This document shows positions 50,133 to 62,659 of a stretch of 64,000 bases of DNA, piece after piece. This DNA comes from Calcarisporiella thermophila CBS 279.70 (lineage: Eukaryota > Fungi > Calcarisporiellomycota): NCBI RefSeq assembly GCF_041956535.1, contig NW_027192199.1, positions 763,693 to 827,692 of the forward strand. The letters are read 5' to 3'. Each line of letters starts with the position of its first letter. Within the stretch, counting starts at the first letter, position 1. A program made the position numbers and the translations under genes. A model generated the notes under the pieces. It was not told where the DNA came from, searched no databases, and saw only the letters and a list, made by a program, of their open reading frames with translations.

Positions 50133-51769
50133 TCATAATTCCACTAAAGCATCATCCGGATTTCCGCCAAGCTCCTTTGTAAGCTCTGCAAGGTGAAAAA
50201 TAAATGAACAACTTTTCTAGTCGTAAAGAAATTTGGATTCACAAAGACTCACCATTCAAACCTTGGATGATCATTTCGCTCTCCACCCTTTTGCCCTTTT
50301 TGCTTTCCAAGAGTGCCCGCCTCTCCTCCTCTCGCCAAGATTCCCAGAGTGGATCCACCAATTCTGACATTGCTTTTCGCTTGTTACGGCGCTCTGCAAG
50401 CTCTTCTCGCTTTGCTAAATAATCCTCCGAGAGCTTTGGTTTAGTAAGTGGGACGACGTCCAGAGGCGGAGCAGCAAACCACATCAGCTGCCCGTCAGAA
50501 GTGTGTCTAAATCGATTCACTACCCAATGCAAATGTAGAGGCTTCATTAGGCAACAGGATTCATAAGATTGGAATGGCGGAACAAAGTGTGAGTACCTAT
50601 ATTCTGAGAGAGTTGAGGAAATCCCATCGGTGGTTGCGCTTGAGGAAGTGATGGCTGTGGAGTTGGGACTGGCTGGGACGACATGGTCAGTCTTAGATGT
50701 GGCTGTGGTTGCGGGAGGTGTGGTTGTGGAGGGTATTGCTGCTGTTGCGGTTGCAGATGCGGATATGGTTGCTGTTGTTGCTGTTGGGGAAGAGGTGTCC
50801 TAGGAGTTCTCGTTGAAAGATGAGAGGAGAGGTGCACTTGTAATTCCTTTGAAGTGGCGAACGATCGGTTGCAGGGCACACCTCTCTCCTTTCCATAGGA
50901 GCACACAAAAGGTAGCCTCATTGCTTCTTTACGCGCTTGTGCCTGCTTGGTGGGAGATGCCATCCCTCCGATGGCCTCGGAGAGCCCACCGGATGGAAGG
51001 CCGCCCCGATTATCCACGCCACTAGCACCTGGTGTCGAGGGTGCGGACGGAGATCGTCCTTGATCCCTCACCTTCTCTTTTTCTTTTTCTTGTTCTACTA
51101 ACGTGCTATGGACCTTTCGAATCTGTCGAGGGGTTTCTAAAGGCTCTATTTCTAATTCTTTCACGCCCTCAGGCATAGAAGCCGCCCAATTTTTGATTTT
51201 GGTAAAGTGCTTCTGGGGTTCTACGTAGCGCGATTCGCATACATAAACAGCAGCATCTGGAGGAGCACCTTTAGGATGACCACGAATATAATCACGAACA
51301 GGAAGCACGTAACATTGATCCAGAACTTCTGAAATAGGGACGTCTTCTAGACCCGATGACTTGAAAACTTCATGTTCCATAAATTTTTGGGTTGCCCGAT
51401 GCACCGTCTGCTCCGGATGGAGATACCAACACACTCGCACACCCTTTTTTCCCCTATACCATTTACATGGTTAAAAAACAAAAGAAAAAAAATCCCATTG
51501 TAATGGAGTGGAACAAGCAATACTTCTGATCCACCCACAACGCGAATATATGACCAACATTGGGCTTGTTTGGATTGTATTTGTTTTTTATATGGACATA
51601 GTCTCCTGATCATCGTAAAAAATAGACGCGTTAACCAGATCCGATTGAAAGCCTTTTACATCGTGAAGTGGTGAGAAAAGAGCGGAAAAATCTACTCACC
51701 TACGTGTAGCTCTTTTCCTTTGTGTTCGATTACGGTGAGTTCAGACAGGGTTGGGTTCGATTTCGACAT
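50133..51769 (-). CDS. BAH-domain protein, Rsc1/Rsc2/polybromo-like, with a C2H2 finger and no bromodomain (about 5 exons)
   Basis: VGDYVHI, CWYLHPEQTVH..KFMEHEVFKS, VYVCESRY; C-x8-C-x12-H-x3-H finger; RF..SDGQLMWFAAPPLD resembles the Rsc1/2 C-terminal motif. Confidence 0.8.
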
Positions 51770-52025
51770 CTCACAAGTTATATCACCCTCTATCGATCAC
51801 CCCTCCTTCGAATTTCAGCAAAAAGAAGTTAGCATCCGAAATTGACTTCGCCACAAATCACAAATAGAAGAATTGTCGTCCGATTAAGCAATTCACCAAT
51901 AAATTAATCCAAAAAAAAACCAAAGCTGTTAGATATTAGAACAAGAGATCTCCGTGTCTTTTTTTCTCTTCCACCCCTTGCCCTCATCCCTAGTCCTCCC
52001 TTCCGCCCCCCCACTACTTTATTCG

Positions 52026-53702
52026 ATGAACGGTGTAGCAGACTTAAAAGTACATACACACATTTTTCCCCGTAATTTAATGTTTAATTCATTAATATGA
52101 ATTCAAATTTCAGAAATCAGAGCACGACATCATCATTGTAGGTGCAGGCATCGCCGGATCGGCACTCGCGAGTGTCCTCGGCCGTGATGGTCGAAAAGTT
52201 CTATTAATTGGTATGGACTTGTGGCCTCCTGCTCCAGCTTTTATCCACTGACTTATCGTGTAAATAAATAGAGCGAGATCTCTCCGAACCGGACCGAATC
52301 GTTGGCGAGCTTCTCCAGCCTGCTGGAGTCCAAGCTCTTACCAAGCTTGGCCTTGAGCACACCCTCACCGGAATGCAAGAAATTCCAGTTCATGGCTACA
52401 ATGTCATCTTCCGAGGAGTTGAATGCCATATCCCCTACCCGAAACTTAAAGATGGTACACGTGCAGAGGGGCGCTCATTTCATCACGGGCGATTCGTTAT
52501 GAATTTGCGCCGGGCCGCCATGAAAGAACCCAATGTGACAATAGTAGAGGCCACGGCCAATGAGCTGATTCGATGCGAGACTTCAGATGCGGTCATAGGG
52601 GTAGAGTGTACACCCAAGGTCAAAAATGGAGAGAATCCCCACCCTATCCAGGTAGAGTAAATGGAAACGATAGCAAAGAGGCCTTTTTGCCTGATACCTA
52701 TTCATACGCCTTCCATCCGAATAGTACTATGCTCCGCTGACCATAATATGCGATGGCTGTTTCTCCAAATTCCGCAAGGATCTTATCCAAAAACCGGTAT
52801 TATCCAAATCCAACTTTGTGGGGTAAATATGCTTCCAGATTTCTTCCTTCTTCACACACCACAGGACAGAGTCCCCTAATAATACTTCGCACTCTAGCTT
52901 TGTAATAAAGGATTGCCCCCTTCCGAAGCCCCAACACGGCCACGTGGTTTTGAGCAAACCTGGCCCCGTGCTACTCTATCAGATAGGACCTAATGAAACC
53001 CGCATTCTCATCGACATCCCCGGCAAGCTCCCTAGCGCAAGCTCCGGTGCTCTTAAAGAACACCTCATCTCCGTGGTCGCTCCTCAATTACCCCCCTCCG
53101 TGCGCGACAAATTCCTCGCCCATGTTGAAACCGAGCGTATCCGATCCATGCCGAATAGCTGGCTTCCGCCTTCGATCAATAGCCATCCGGGTGTGCTGCT
53201 GCTTGGAGATGCCATGAACATGAGGCATCCGCTGACGGGTGGAGGCATGTCGTGTGCATTCAACGATGTTGTCCTATTGCGAGAGCTGCTGGCGGGGGTG
53301 TCCCTCGACGACCGAGCCACCGTCTTGGCCCAGGCCCAAGTTTGGCACTGGAGACGAAAGCTTCACAACTGCGTCATCAACGTGCTCGCGCAGGCACTTT
53401 ACGACTTGTTTTCGGCCAACGACAACGCCACGATGCGGGTGCTCCAGGAGGGGTGCTTCGACTACCTGAACCAGGGCCCAGGGCCGTATCAGGACGGGCC
53501 GGTGGGGGCCCTCTCTGGGCTAAACCCCAGCCCACTCAATCTGGTGTATCACTTCTTCTGCGTGGCTTTCCATGGAATTCGGCTGATGTTCCGGCAGGTG
53601 GAGTGGAGCGAGGTTCCTGCCACGTTTGTGCGCGCAGGCGCAGCACTATGGACCGCTTGTGTGGTCATTTTGCCCGTGCTGTTTTCCGAGACGAAGTGGT
53701 AG
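52026..53702 (+). CDS. ERG1: Squalene epoxidase (about 5 exons)
   Basis: IIVGAGIAG FAD motif, EPDRIVGELLQPAG, GRSFHHGRF, ICDGCFSKFR, LLGDAMNMRHPLTGGGM. Confidence 0.97.
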
Positions 53703-55069
53703 CCAGCGCAACGTCATACCTCCCCCCAATTTCATTGCTATTTATTCCCATTTCGCTAATTGTTTCCATATCCATTCTTGTTTGGGATATCAAACTTGAG
53801 TTTCAAATTTACAAATAATAAAATACTAAGCTTGAGATCTGATTTGAGACCCTTCCTGTTTGAGGTTACTAAGGGGATTTCCTAAGCAGTCTCGTTTCTG
53901 GGTAACTCAAATGAGGGGTGGGGGGGAAAGGAACCATACACCATGCGTGTTCGGGGTTGCCGTGCAACACCAGGGTCGTGCGTCAAGGCTGTCGCCAGAG
54001 ACACGATGGCCGCTTCGACGCAATCGATTGCCTCGGTTGTGCTCAGCAGGGAACCCGTCCCCCCCTCCACCGTGGCATGGCTTGTGACGAAGCCCGGCGC
54101 AAGTGTCCACAGGAACGAGTGCCTCCGGCCACGAGCGTGCTCCCGCGCGAACTCTAACGGGAAGGGGGAGGGGGGCAGGGGCAGGCACGTTTCCCTGTGG
54201 CCTCAGTCTCGCATTCATCTCGGCCGTGTCTTTGCTAAGCGAGGTTAAGGTTGGACAGGCCGTTGTGAACAAACACTTAGCAATCGTCCGGCGGCATTAA
54301 GTATCAAGCGCGCGCTATCCCAAAGCTTTTCTTTTACCCGACGGTTTCGGCCGGGCCAGCAGTAACAATGAAAAGGATTCCCAAGTCTTAAGGTTTAATT
54401 TCCTTCGAAACCTAGCAGTTAGCATCCCCCATCCCCGGCCTCGATTTGGCACGATTCCCACACGCGGCCTCTGATGGCCAGGGACAAGGTCGGAGCCGCG
54501 GCGCAGCACACGCCTTTTGTCCCACCAGAGCTTGGATCTGGTTTCACGACACGGTTGAGTTACCTGGAGCCGGCTACGGAAAGGGAATCCGCGGGAAGGC
54601 CAGAAACCATTGGGCGATCGCCCCTGGTTGACACATATGGGAAAAAAGAACGAAGCTTGCTCCAGCTGCCTCCCACCGCACCACCAGGTTGTGCTCACCA
54701 GCCATGCCCGGCCCCACTGCGCACCGCCAAACGGTGGCCTGGCCCGCTGGCTGGCTGTAGAGTCAAAATTAATTAATAGGCTTTTTTACCCGTCTGGCTT
54801 ACCTTAGTTGGCTGGACGTTTCGCTTTATATTTCTAAATCCAGAAGCGGCCCCTTCAGAGCGCGGTCGGCTAGAATATACTTTTTTTCTAACCCTTTAGG
54901 CTATTTCTAATCGCTGTCCTCCCTTCACATTAGCAGCTTGCTTTCCTATTTTACTCCTCCCCCTCTTTATTTTCGGCTTCCCCGCCTTCTGTTTTCTGTT
55001 GATGATCTCCATTTGCTATTAGCGTTTTCCATTATTAACCCGACCCTTGCTAGTGACACCTATGATTAT

Positions 55070-56626
55070 ATGGAGCATCACGAGGGCGATTCCCACTTCT
55101 CGAATCCCGTCCATACCTCTCCGCCTATAACTACCGTTAAGAGTGAACCGCTGCATTCCTCGGGTAAATGGCCATGTCGCATTGGCATGATGCGAGCTGT
55201 GTTCTAATTGTCTCGACACATCGCATGCATGCCTAGTCTTGCCTATTTGTTTTTGTTTGTGTGGCCCCTTATTAACCATGCCCATATATTTGCGTGTCCA
55301 GACGTTTATCTCCCTAACCCTGACCTGCGCTCTTCCATATCCCCTCCGGCTCTTCATCCATCCTCCTCAGAAGACATGCGCCATATCTTGCCATTGCCCG
55401 ACGGAGGTAGGTTGACATCATGGTCTCCTCGCGAGCCGAATAGGAGGCTGGCCCTAGCACGCTCAGCATGCTAATCTCGCAACTCTTCAATGGATAGCCA
55501 AATTCTCTATTGACGAGGAGCCCTCCAACTTCAGTCTGTACATGTTTCGCGCCATGCGAAGCCGAATTCTCGAGTTAGAACACGCGCTGAATCTGAATTC
55601 CTACAACGTCGCGGAGCCACCGCCAGCCTCATCGCAGCCTTGTTGGGCCCAACCAATAATGCAGGTGAAACCGGCGCCGACCGCCCCAACCCCCTCCCTT
55701 CACCCTCGGCAACATGTGAGGAAGACATCCAGCGAGGAGCGTCATACTCCGTTAACCTCAACGCCGGTTGAAACCACTTGGCATATTGAGCAGCCTGGGC
55801 CAGAAAACCCTCGGCCGCAATCCACCGCCTCAACTGGCCCACTGAGTAGAATATACTTCACGCGCTTTGCACCCTATAACTCGCCAACCATTACCAGTCG
55901 CGCAAGGTCCCAGGTAAATATACAAACACCCTTTTTAAACTAGACAACCTTCCCTCTCTTTGCTAATGGACACCCGATCCGGTTCGGTTTTAGAAGCATG
56001 ACAAATTGAGTAAGTCTCCAACCAAATCCACCAAGGATTCCCGGGCTGCGAAGGAGGCGTCGGCCACTCCTTCACCCTCGACGAGGAAAGAGCCAAACCC
56101 GCCAGTGACCTCTGCACCCACAATTCAAACTCTGCAATGGTCCCATGCCCGCCATACATCCAACGCATCCTCCATCTCCTCTCCCTCGTCTTCCTCAAAC
56201 TCCCCCGCCTCGCCCGTTATCCCGCGGCTGGCACCCTCTCCCACAATTAGGCCGCATCCGCACACTCCCGATCATCTTCCCCCGCTTGCGTCCCAGCCCA
56301 TGGCCAGAATAGAGCTGCCTTCTCCCGGCAACCTATTAACCCAGCACCACCGGCATCCGTACTCTCAACCACCCCAATATAGACGGGCCTCTGCTCACGA
56401 GGAACTAGGCTCGACGAGACCCCCCGCGGAGGAACCACCCATCCTTATCCCAAAACCAACTCGCCTGTTTCCGCCTCCACCACTCCTGTCTTCGAGCCCT
56501 CCACAACCTCCGCCGCCCCAGCAGCAGCCCCATCCACAGCTTTCCCCGACGCGCTATGAGGATGCAAGCTATAGACCGCCTGGATGGGATCCTGAGAACA
56601 TGCAAGATTCACATAGAGAGCGGTGA
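55070..56626 (+). CDS. Hypothetical Pro/Ser-rich disordered protein (about 4 exons)
   Basis: ORF pieces linked by GT-AG introns; short helical motif LYMFRAMRSRILELEHAL; no recognisable domain. Confidence 0.55.
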
Positions 56627-57080
56627 ACACTCCATTATTATTCGTTGTTGTGGCCGTTCGTTTATTTAACTATTTATTGTATTTAGACGAAGGCTTATCT
56701 GATTTTTTCTACGCTGTTAATTTTGGGAAATCGAGGGGGAGGGTGGAATGCAACCAAATTCTCTGTTAATATGTTCCAATGTCTCTATACATTTTTTTTA
56801 TTTATTATATCTAACTATTTGTTTTTAATCTCCCCCATATATTGGGTGCTTCACTGTCCAATTTTGTGTTCGAGAGTGTGTGTTCAAATTTCCTTTCTTT
56901 CGTTGTCTTCTCCCCCACGTCGATAGGTTTCTTCATCGTTGAGTGCAAATAGATATAGAGATTGGGTGGCTTACGCAACTCTGAAGAACTATTTCATTTA
57001 GAAATTTGAATAAAGCATTGGGCCATCCACACTTTCAGTTTGATCGAGTTCGACCCCTCTGTGCGCTCCCATTGACGAAC

Positions 57081-57900
57081 ATGGATGATAACATTGAAAG
57101 TGTCCTGCTGGTAATACGGGAATGCTATGGTAGAATGCGTGTTTTACATTTGTACTTGATTGGTTTCAAGATGAGCCAACCATCTTAAGTATCATGATCA
57201 TCTTGTGTAGTGTATAAAATCCCCTCGCGCATGTCTAGTCGTGGCTACCGCGCCGCAGAGTGGGGCGATATGGAGAGCCCACTCTGGAAGGGGCGCCTTC
57301 GTATTGTGACTTCTGCCCAGAACGCCTATATACGCCTTGAAGATTCCACCACCGGCGAACTGTTTGCCGTTTGCCCCTACGATGATGAAGGAGCCGTGGA
57401 AGCCGTCTTGGACTCGAGCAGATATTTCGTGTTGAGGGTGGTCAATGAAGGCAGGAAAGCTTTCATAGGCATGGGCTTTCGCGAGAGGACAGAGGCTTTT
57501 GATTTCAATGTGGCATTGCAAGATCATGTCAAGTAATGTCGCATGGCTTTGAAATCCTGACGTCCATCTCGACTAACCGGGGTAGTTGATGAATAGACAC
57601 GTCAAGGCGGAGCAAGAAGCTGCCGAGAGAAAGGCAGCTGACGTTGCAAATCCCGTGCCGAAAAAGGACTACAGCTTGAAAGAGGGTCAAACCATAAGCA
57701 TTAGCATAGGCGGGGTGAGGATCGAACCCCTTTTTGCTTTCCTTTCCGTTTCTTCTCTAGCTTGCTCTAACATGATGGGTCTCCTATAGAAAACCCCCAT
57801 GAATCGATCCAAACCTCCCGCATCGGAGGAATCCGCTGCAGTGCCACCACTCCTTCCCCCACCTCCTCGCGGTACAACAAGGCGTGTCCAGCCAAAATGA
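57081..57900 (+). CDS. NECAP: NECAP-like adaptin ear-binding protein (DUF1681 PHear domain; 4 exons)
   Basis: ESVLLVIRECY/VYKIP, GYRAAEW, GELFAVCP, VEAVLDSSRYFVLRV, AFIGMGFRER.EAFDFNVALQDH. Confidence 0.92.
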
Positions 57901-58248
57901 TAATGCAAATTCGTTCTCTCCCCTCCCGTATCCAAAATATATCACCTTGACCTACCTCGCTATTTTTGCTTATTATGTGCCATTTTCATGTGTGCGAGAA
58001 AATTCATACAATATACACACATATACATATATATATTTATATTTATATAATCTTATACTACTGGTAAAAAGTTCTACAAAATACCCTAAAAAGTAGGGAC
58101 CAAATTACATAGTCCTATATGAATCATGTAGGTCAATACATATGAGATAAACAAGCACGCTAAAGCGTCAAGTGAAAAAAAAAAAAAAGAAATCCGTTAG
58201 TGGATGCATTGGTTAGATTAGATAAGAACTGGCGAGATACATCCCCAC

Positions 58249-61061
58249 TCATCCGGTAAATTGGGTCTCCAGAAGCTCTTGCAGCACGCTCTCAAAGTCT
58301 CCGTTGTAGGCCTCCAGCAAATGCCGGTTCAGCTCCCGGTTGCGAAAACCCATCTCATAGAGACTACGCACTTGATTCTCATGGGGGTATAGGCGACGCA
58401 GGTGAAGGGGCGTTTCAGCACTTCTGAGCTGGGTAGGAGGAGCAACGGCAGTAGTAGCCTGCTGTAGCGGCATTGGTTGAGGAGTGGGGGTTTCCTGTGG
58501 TGGAGTTGAGGTTGCTACTGGGAGAACCTGTTCACGGGTTTGTTCCGCGGAATGATGCGAAGCGGTATCGGTAGATTCTGCTCCCGGTCGGATTGTATCC
58601 GTGCTCTCTCCCCCTGTCCCGCTTTTTTCGTCCTCACTTGTTACGCTCTCTTCCGTATCAGGTTTGTACAGATCCGCGTTCTCCTTATCCTGGGCCGTCT
58701 CCTCCACCAGGACATATTCGTCCCCCTCCCGCTCATTCTCCTCGAGATCTTCACAGTCCACGAACGCTGCCCCGAACACCGAGCCCCGGGGGCTCGACAC
58801 GGCCGGGGTGGAGATGTCAGAGGTCGCGACTGAAACCACTTCACTCCCAAAGCTCATCTGGAACGAGCTCGAGTCGTCCCCATCACGCTCGAGCCCTCCA
58901 TTTTGAGTTTTTACCTGCGAGGTCGTCTCCTCATCCAGGTGAATCAAAGAGGGCTCCTCCAAACTGTGCTCCGCTTCACCATAATGAATGACGGGGAAGA
59001 TCATCGACGACCCTTCCAAGACCTCTCCTTGACGGTGTTCCGCTTGAAGCGGCTCCCAGATCTCGTCCGCCTTTTCTCTAGTAGCGGATTCCATTTCAGG
59101 TGCCTGCTCTGATGACGTTTCTTCTGCTTGTTTCACCGTAATATCGCACCACACGCGATGTCCAAATCGAGTCCCATCGGGTGCCACGAGACGCCAAAAG
59201 GAGGTGTATCGTCCAGGGATATCGGGGGCCCGCAAGTGGGCAACGAGATTTACCTTCTCACCAGGCGCTGCTGGGGGTACCACAAACCTCACCCCATTGT
59301 TCCTACCCCACGCCATTGCCGGTGAAATGATGGTCGGGTGCATGCTGTCGCCCCCTACGCACAGCAAAACTGTGCCATTCGGCCAAGCCCGATTGCCGTC
59401 ATTTTCCATGCACCATGTTTTGGTTATGGACTGGTGTGGCGTTACATAGGCCCCGTCGGGGTAGGTTATATCACTAACGAAAGCCGCACTATAATAGGGT
59501 TCTTCCACTTCGTAGTGATGTCGCGGTGCATCGGCTTGCAATGCACTATGATCCACGTCGGGAACCTGACGGGATTTTGAATCCAGGTCGAGCATATCCG
59601 GTTGCCTTGATTCCGATGATATTAGGAGTGAACTCTTTAACACCTCGTTTGGCTTCTGCAATACATCACCACCCCCCAACTCGTTCACCACTTCGGTGTG
59701 AGAGGTTGTGCTATCTCTGTCCATGTTGCTCCTCACCGCATCCGTGTCAGCGACGGCTACCTTTCTTGGGGCGAAACCGACGACCACGAATTGATGCTCT
59801 GGATGTTGCGTTTCCGCCAAAGGATAACACCGTGCACACAAATCAAAATCGGGGCATTCGGCGCATTTGTATCGCACCTGCGTGATAAAGGATTCACAAA
59901 AATCGCAAGTTGATCCGTAAAAGAGTCGCTGTGTACGCATGGATTGGTCATGGTATGGGTAGGGGATAGGTGTAAAGTGATGGCTATCAGGATGGAGATG
60001 GGCAGCCGTACCTCGGCCGGCGGGCCCTTTGCACCGTTGACAAAGATCAAAATCGGGACAGACCTCACATTTCCACCGTATCCCTTTTAGAGTTTTCTGG
60101 CAACCGTCGCATACCACATGCAAATGGTTAACCGGTTCACAGATGGGTACTACTCTACTGGGAGCGGCTGATATTGTAATTTGAAGCTCTTCACTAGCAG
60201 CTTGCGACGTTCCAGAAGCACTTGGAGCATGACTGGTATTATGCTCTGCTGCCGTTTGTCCACTGTCCATTGTATCATGCCTAGTGGGCATAAATTCGGA
60301 AAAATTCTCCTCGAAATTTTGTAGAAATTGTCGCAAAAAGTCTTGGAATGTGCTGGTTATATCTCGGGCACGCGTCTGGGCAGAGCGAAAGGTGGCAATT
60401 ATATCCTCTGCAATAGCATGCTCGTCGTTGTCTACACTGTGACATGGAGCATTGTTTGAACTAGTTCCGTTTACCATTGGGGAAGATTTTTGATCAATTT
60501 TTGGTTTGGGTGAGGAGGATGCTTCGTCATTTTCGACGTAGAATGAGAGGGGAATAGAATCTAAAAATAAGATTAAACCAAAAAAACATGTAGCATGTAT
60601 TAAATAGAGCTTGGCATAGAAAGTATTGCTTACCCTTAGTTGAATCAGCAATGGCTTTCTCCGAGCTTACGCTCGAACCTTGCGTATCCCCGAGTGTGTT
60701 CTCGTTGGTCTCATTTCTTGACGCACTTAATCGAACAACAATTTGTCCGTTACCTTGATTGAAATACCTAATTGCCTCTTCGATATCCAGGTTGCATGTC
60801 ACCGATATAACATCGTTATCCTCATCAATGTAACTAAGATTGAGACTAGGATCTCCGAGTAATTTGGTGATCTAGACATGTAAGAATATAAATGATTATT
60901 GGGCTTTGCACGACAAGCTAGGACATGCTTTTAGATTATAAATATGTTTCACTTACCCTTTCTAACAATACATCGAACTTAGGCACTTGCTGAAATGTCA
61001 GTCGCCGAATCCGTTCATGGTAAGTAACTTTGAATACTATGGTGCAGGCTGGTAAATCCAT
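58249..61061 (-). CDS. NBR1: NBR1-like selective-autophagy receptor (PB1-ZZ-ZZ-FW-LIR-UBA)
   Basis: PB1 (FKVTYHERIRR; YIDEDNDVISV), two ZZ fingers (CDGC..RWKCEVCPDFDLC; CDFC..RYKCAECPDFDLC), FW domain (KTWCMENDG..WP..FWRL..FGHRVWCDI), acidic LIR EGDEYVLV, UBA (LYEMGF). Confidence 0.92.
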
Positions 61062-61903
61062 AGAAATGCTAAAACTAGATGTATATGATTTTTCTCTGAG
61101 AAAAAAAAAAAGTATGTAAGAAAGGAGTGAGCTGAGCAGCGATGGTTTGCGTGGACGATAGCTACGACTTGCCAAGACACCACCCTTTGACAGTCACAAA
61201 CACGTAGCGGAATTTTAAAGCTTCGAGAAAAAACACGAATATTCAAAATTGATGTTCCAGAGAGGTGACTTACGCAAATCCTAGCGAGAAGTAACCTAGC
61301 ATATTCGTCCTTGATTACTCAAGCAGCATTACGGAAACCTGATGATCTGGGGGTGTTCCTGGTATAAGAGAACTTCGCTTTTGGCAAGCGAAGTTTATTA
61401 TGCATTTTGTTCACCTCTACTATTATCCCCAAACTCACGTTGCATAAATAAATTTTCACAAAATTGTTTTTGCTTTTCTCGACTTATATCATTTTGCTAC
61501 TGGTTATCTTTACTACACCATCTCTCTAATATACTCTATATATCGGTTATGTCTATACTCTCCACATTTATCCCTCATTCAATTCTCAATTTAGGTCTCG
61601 CTTTTTATCACATTCTCCAGAAGAGCGGGTAGGTGGGATTAGAGAATGCTTAACACAAATGCAATATATTTAAGTGGCCAATTTGGATATGGAATTCAAT
61701 GGAATTGAAGCAAACAGAGCTCTGGAGTAAAAAAGTGGATTAGACAGAAAAAGATGTCCGAGGATGAAAGATTAAGTTAGATTATAATTATCGAAAGAAA
61801 TAGCGCATAATCTGGTATTCTAGTTGTATAATATACAATATCTCAATAAAATAGCATCATATCGATATATTTAGAGTTTATTACTATAAATTTGGAAAAG
61901 ACT

Positions 61904-62659
61904 TCATTCTGTACATGATCTATACTTGATATATTCGGTAGGGTGCACGATCGCTCTCTCAAACGCGTTACAAGCCTCGTTGATTGTGAGAGTGTCGCTG
62001 GAGACGATGAGCTCATGGTTTGCAAATTTGGTGTGAAGCAGAGCCTGAGTGACAACGCGTCCGATATCACGACACGAGGTGAAGGTGACCTTTTGCTTGC
62101 CGTCGCCCACAATGGTCCAGTGGCGTGCTGCGTATTGAATCTAAATCAGGGGCTGAAAGCTAGATCAAGGAAGAAGCCTAGGTAGATGACGGTGCACTCG
62201 ATTCTGCTAGCTTTGACCTCGACAAAATGTTCCATCTTGTTCGTTGTTCTGAGTTCTTACAGGCGGAGTGTAGCGCATTCGGCGATGATCATAACTGAAT
62301 TTAGAGGGGATGTAGCGTTACACTCCAGTAGCCTCGGCCGCCTCAAACACCGCCTGCTCCACCTTCACACCGGTTGCCGTTCCGGAATGACGGTTTTCCC
62401 AAAGTGCGATTGCAATCACCACTGCATCCGACCCAGCAAGGGCGCTTCGGAGGGAGGTTTGGTCGGAATAGTCTGCAATGGGGACGAGTGATGGGCCGAG
62501 TCTTCGCAGCTCGTCAGAGGTATTGGATCGTGTTGACTCAGGGCGCGTCAGAACGCGAACTTGAGAGAATGCTCCAGATTTGAGAAGTTCCCGGAGAATG
62601 TGGGAGCCAAGATACCCCGTGCCTCCGGTTACAGTGACAATTGTACATCCCGTGGACAT
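61904..62659 (-). pseudogene. NmrA-like / isoflavone-reductase-like NAD(P)-binding protein pseudogene
   Basis: VTGGTGYLG Rossmann motif; GV*RYIPSKF (stop where GVKRYIPSEF is expected), second stop in AFSP*F, two frameshifts before VGDGKQKVTFTSCRDIG, C-terminus truncated. Confidence 0.85.
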
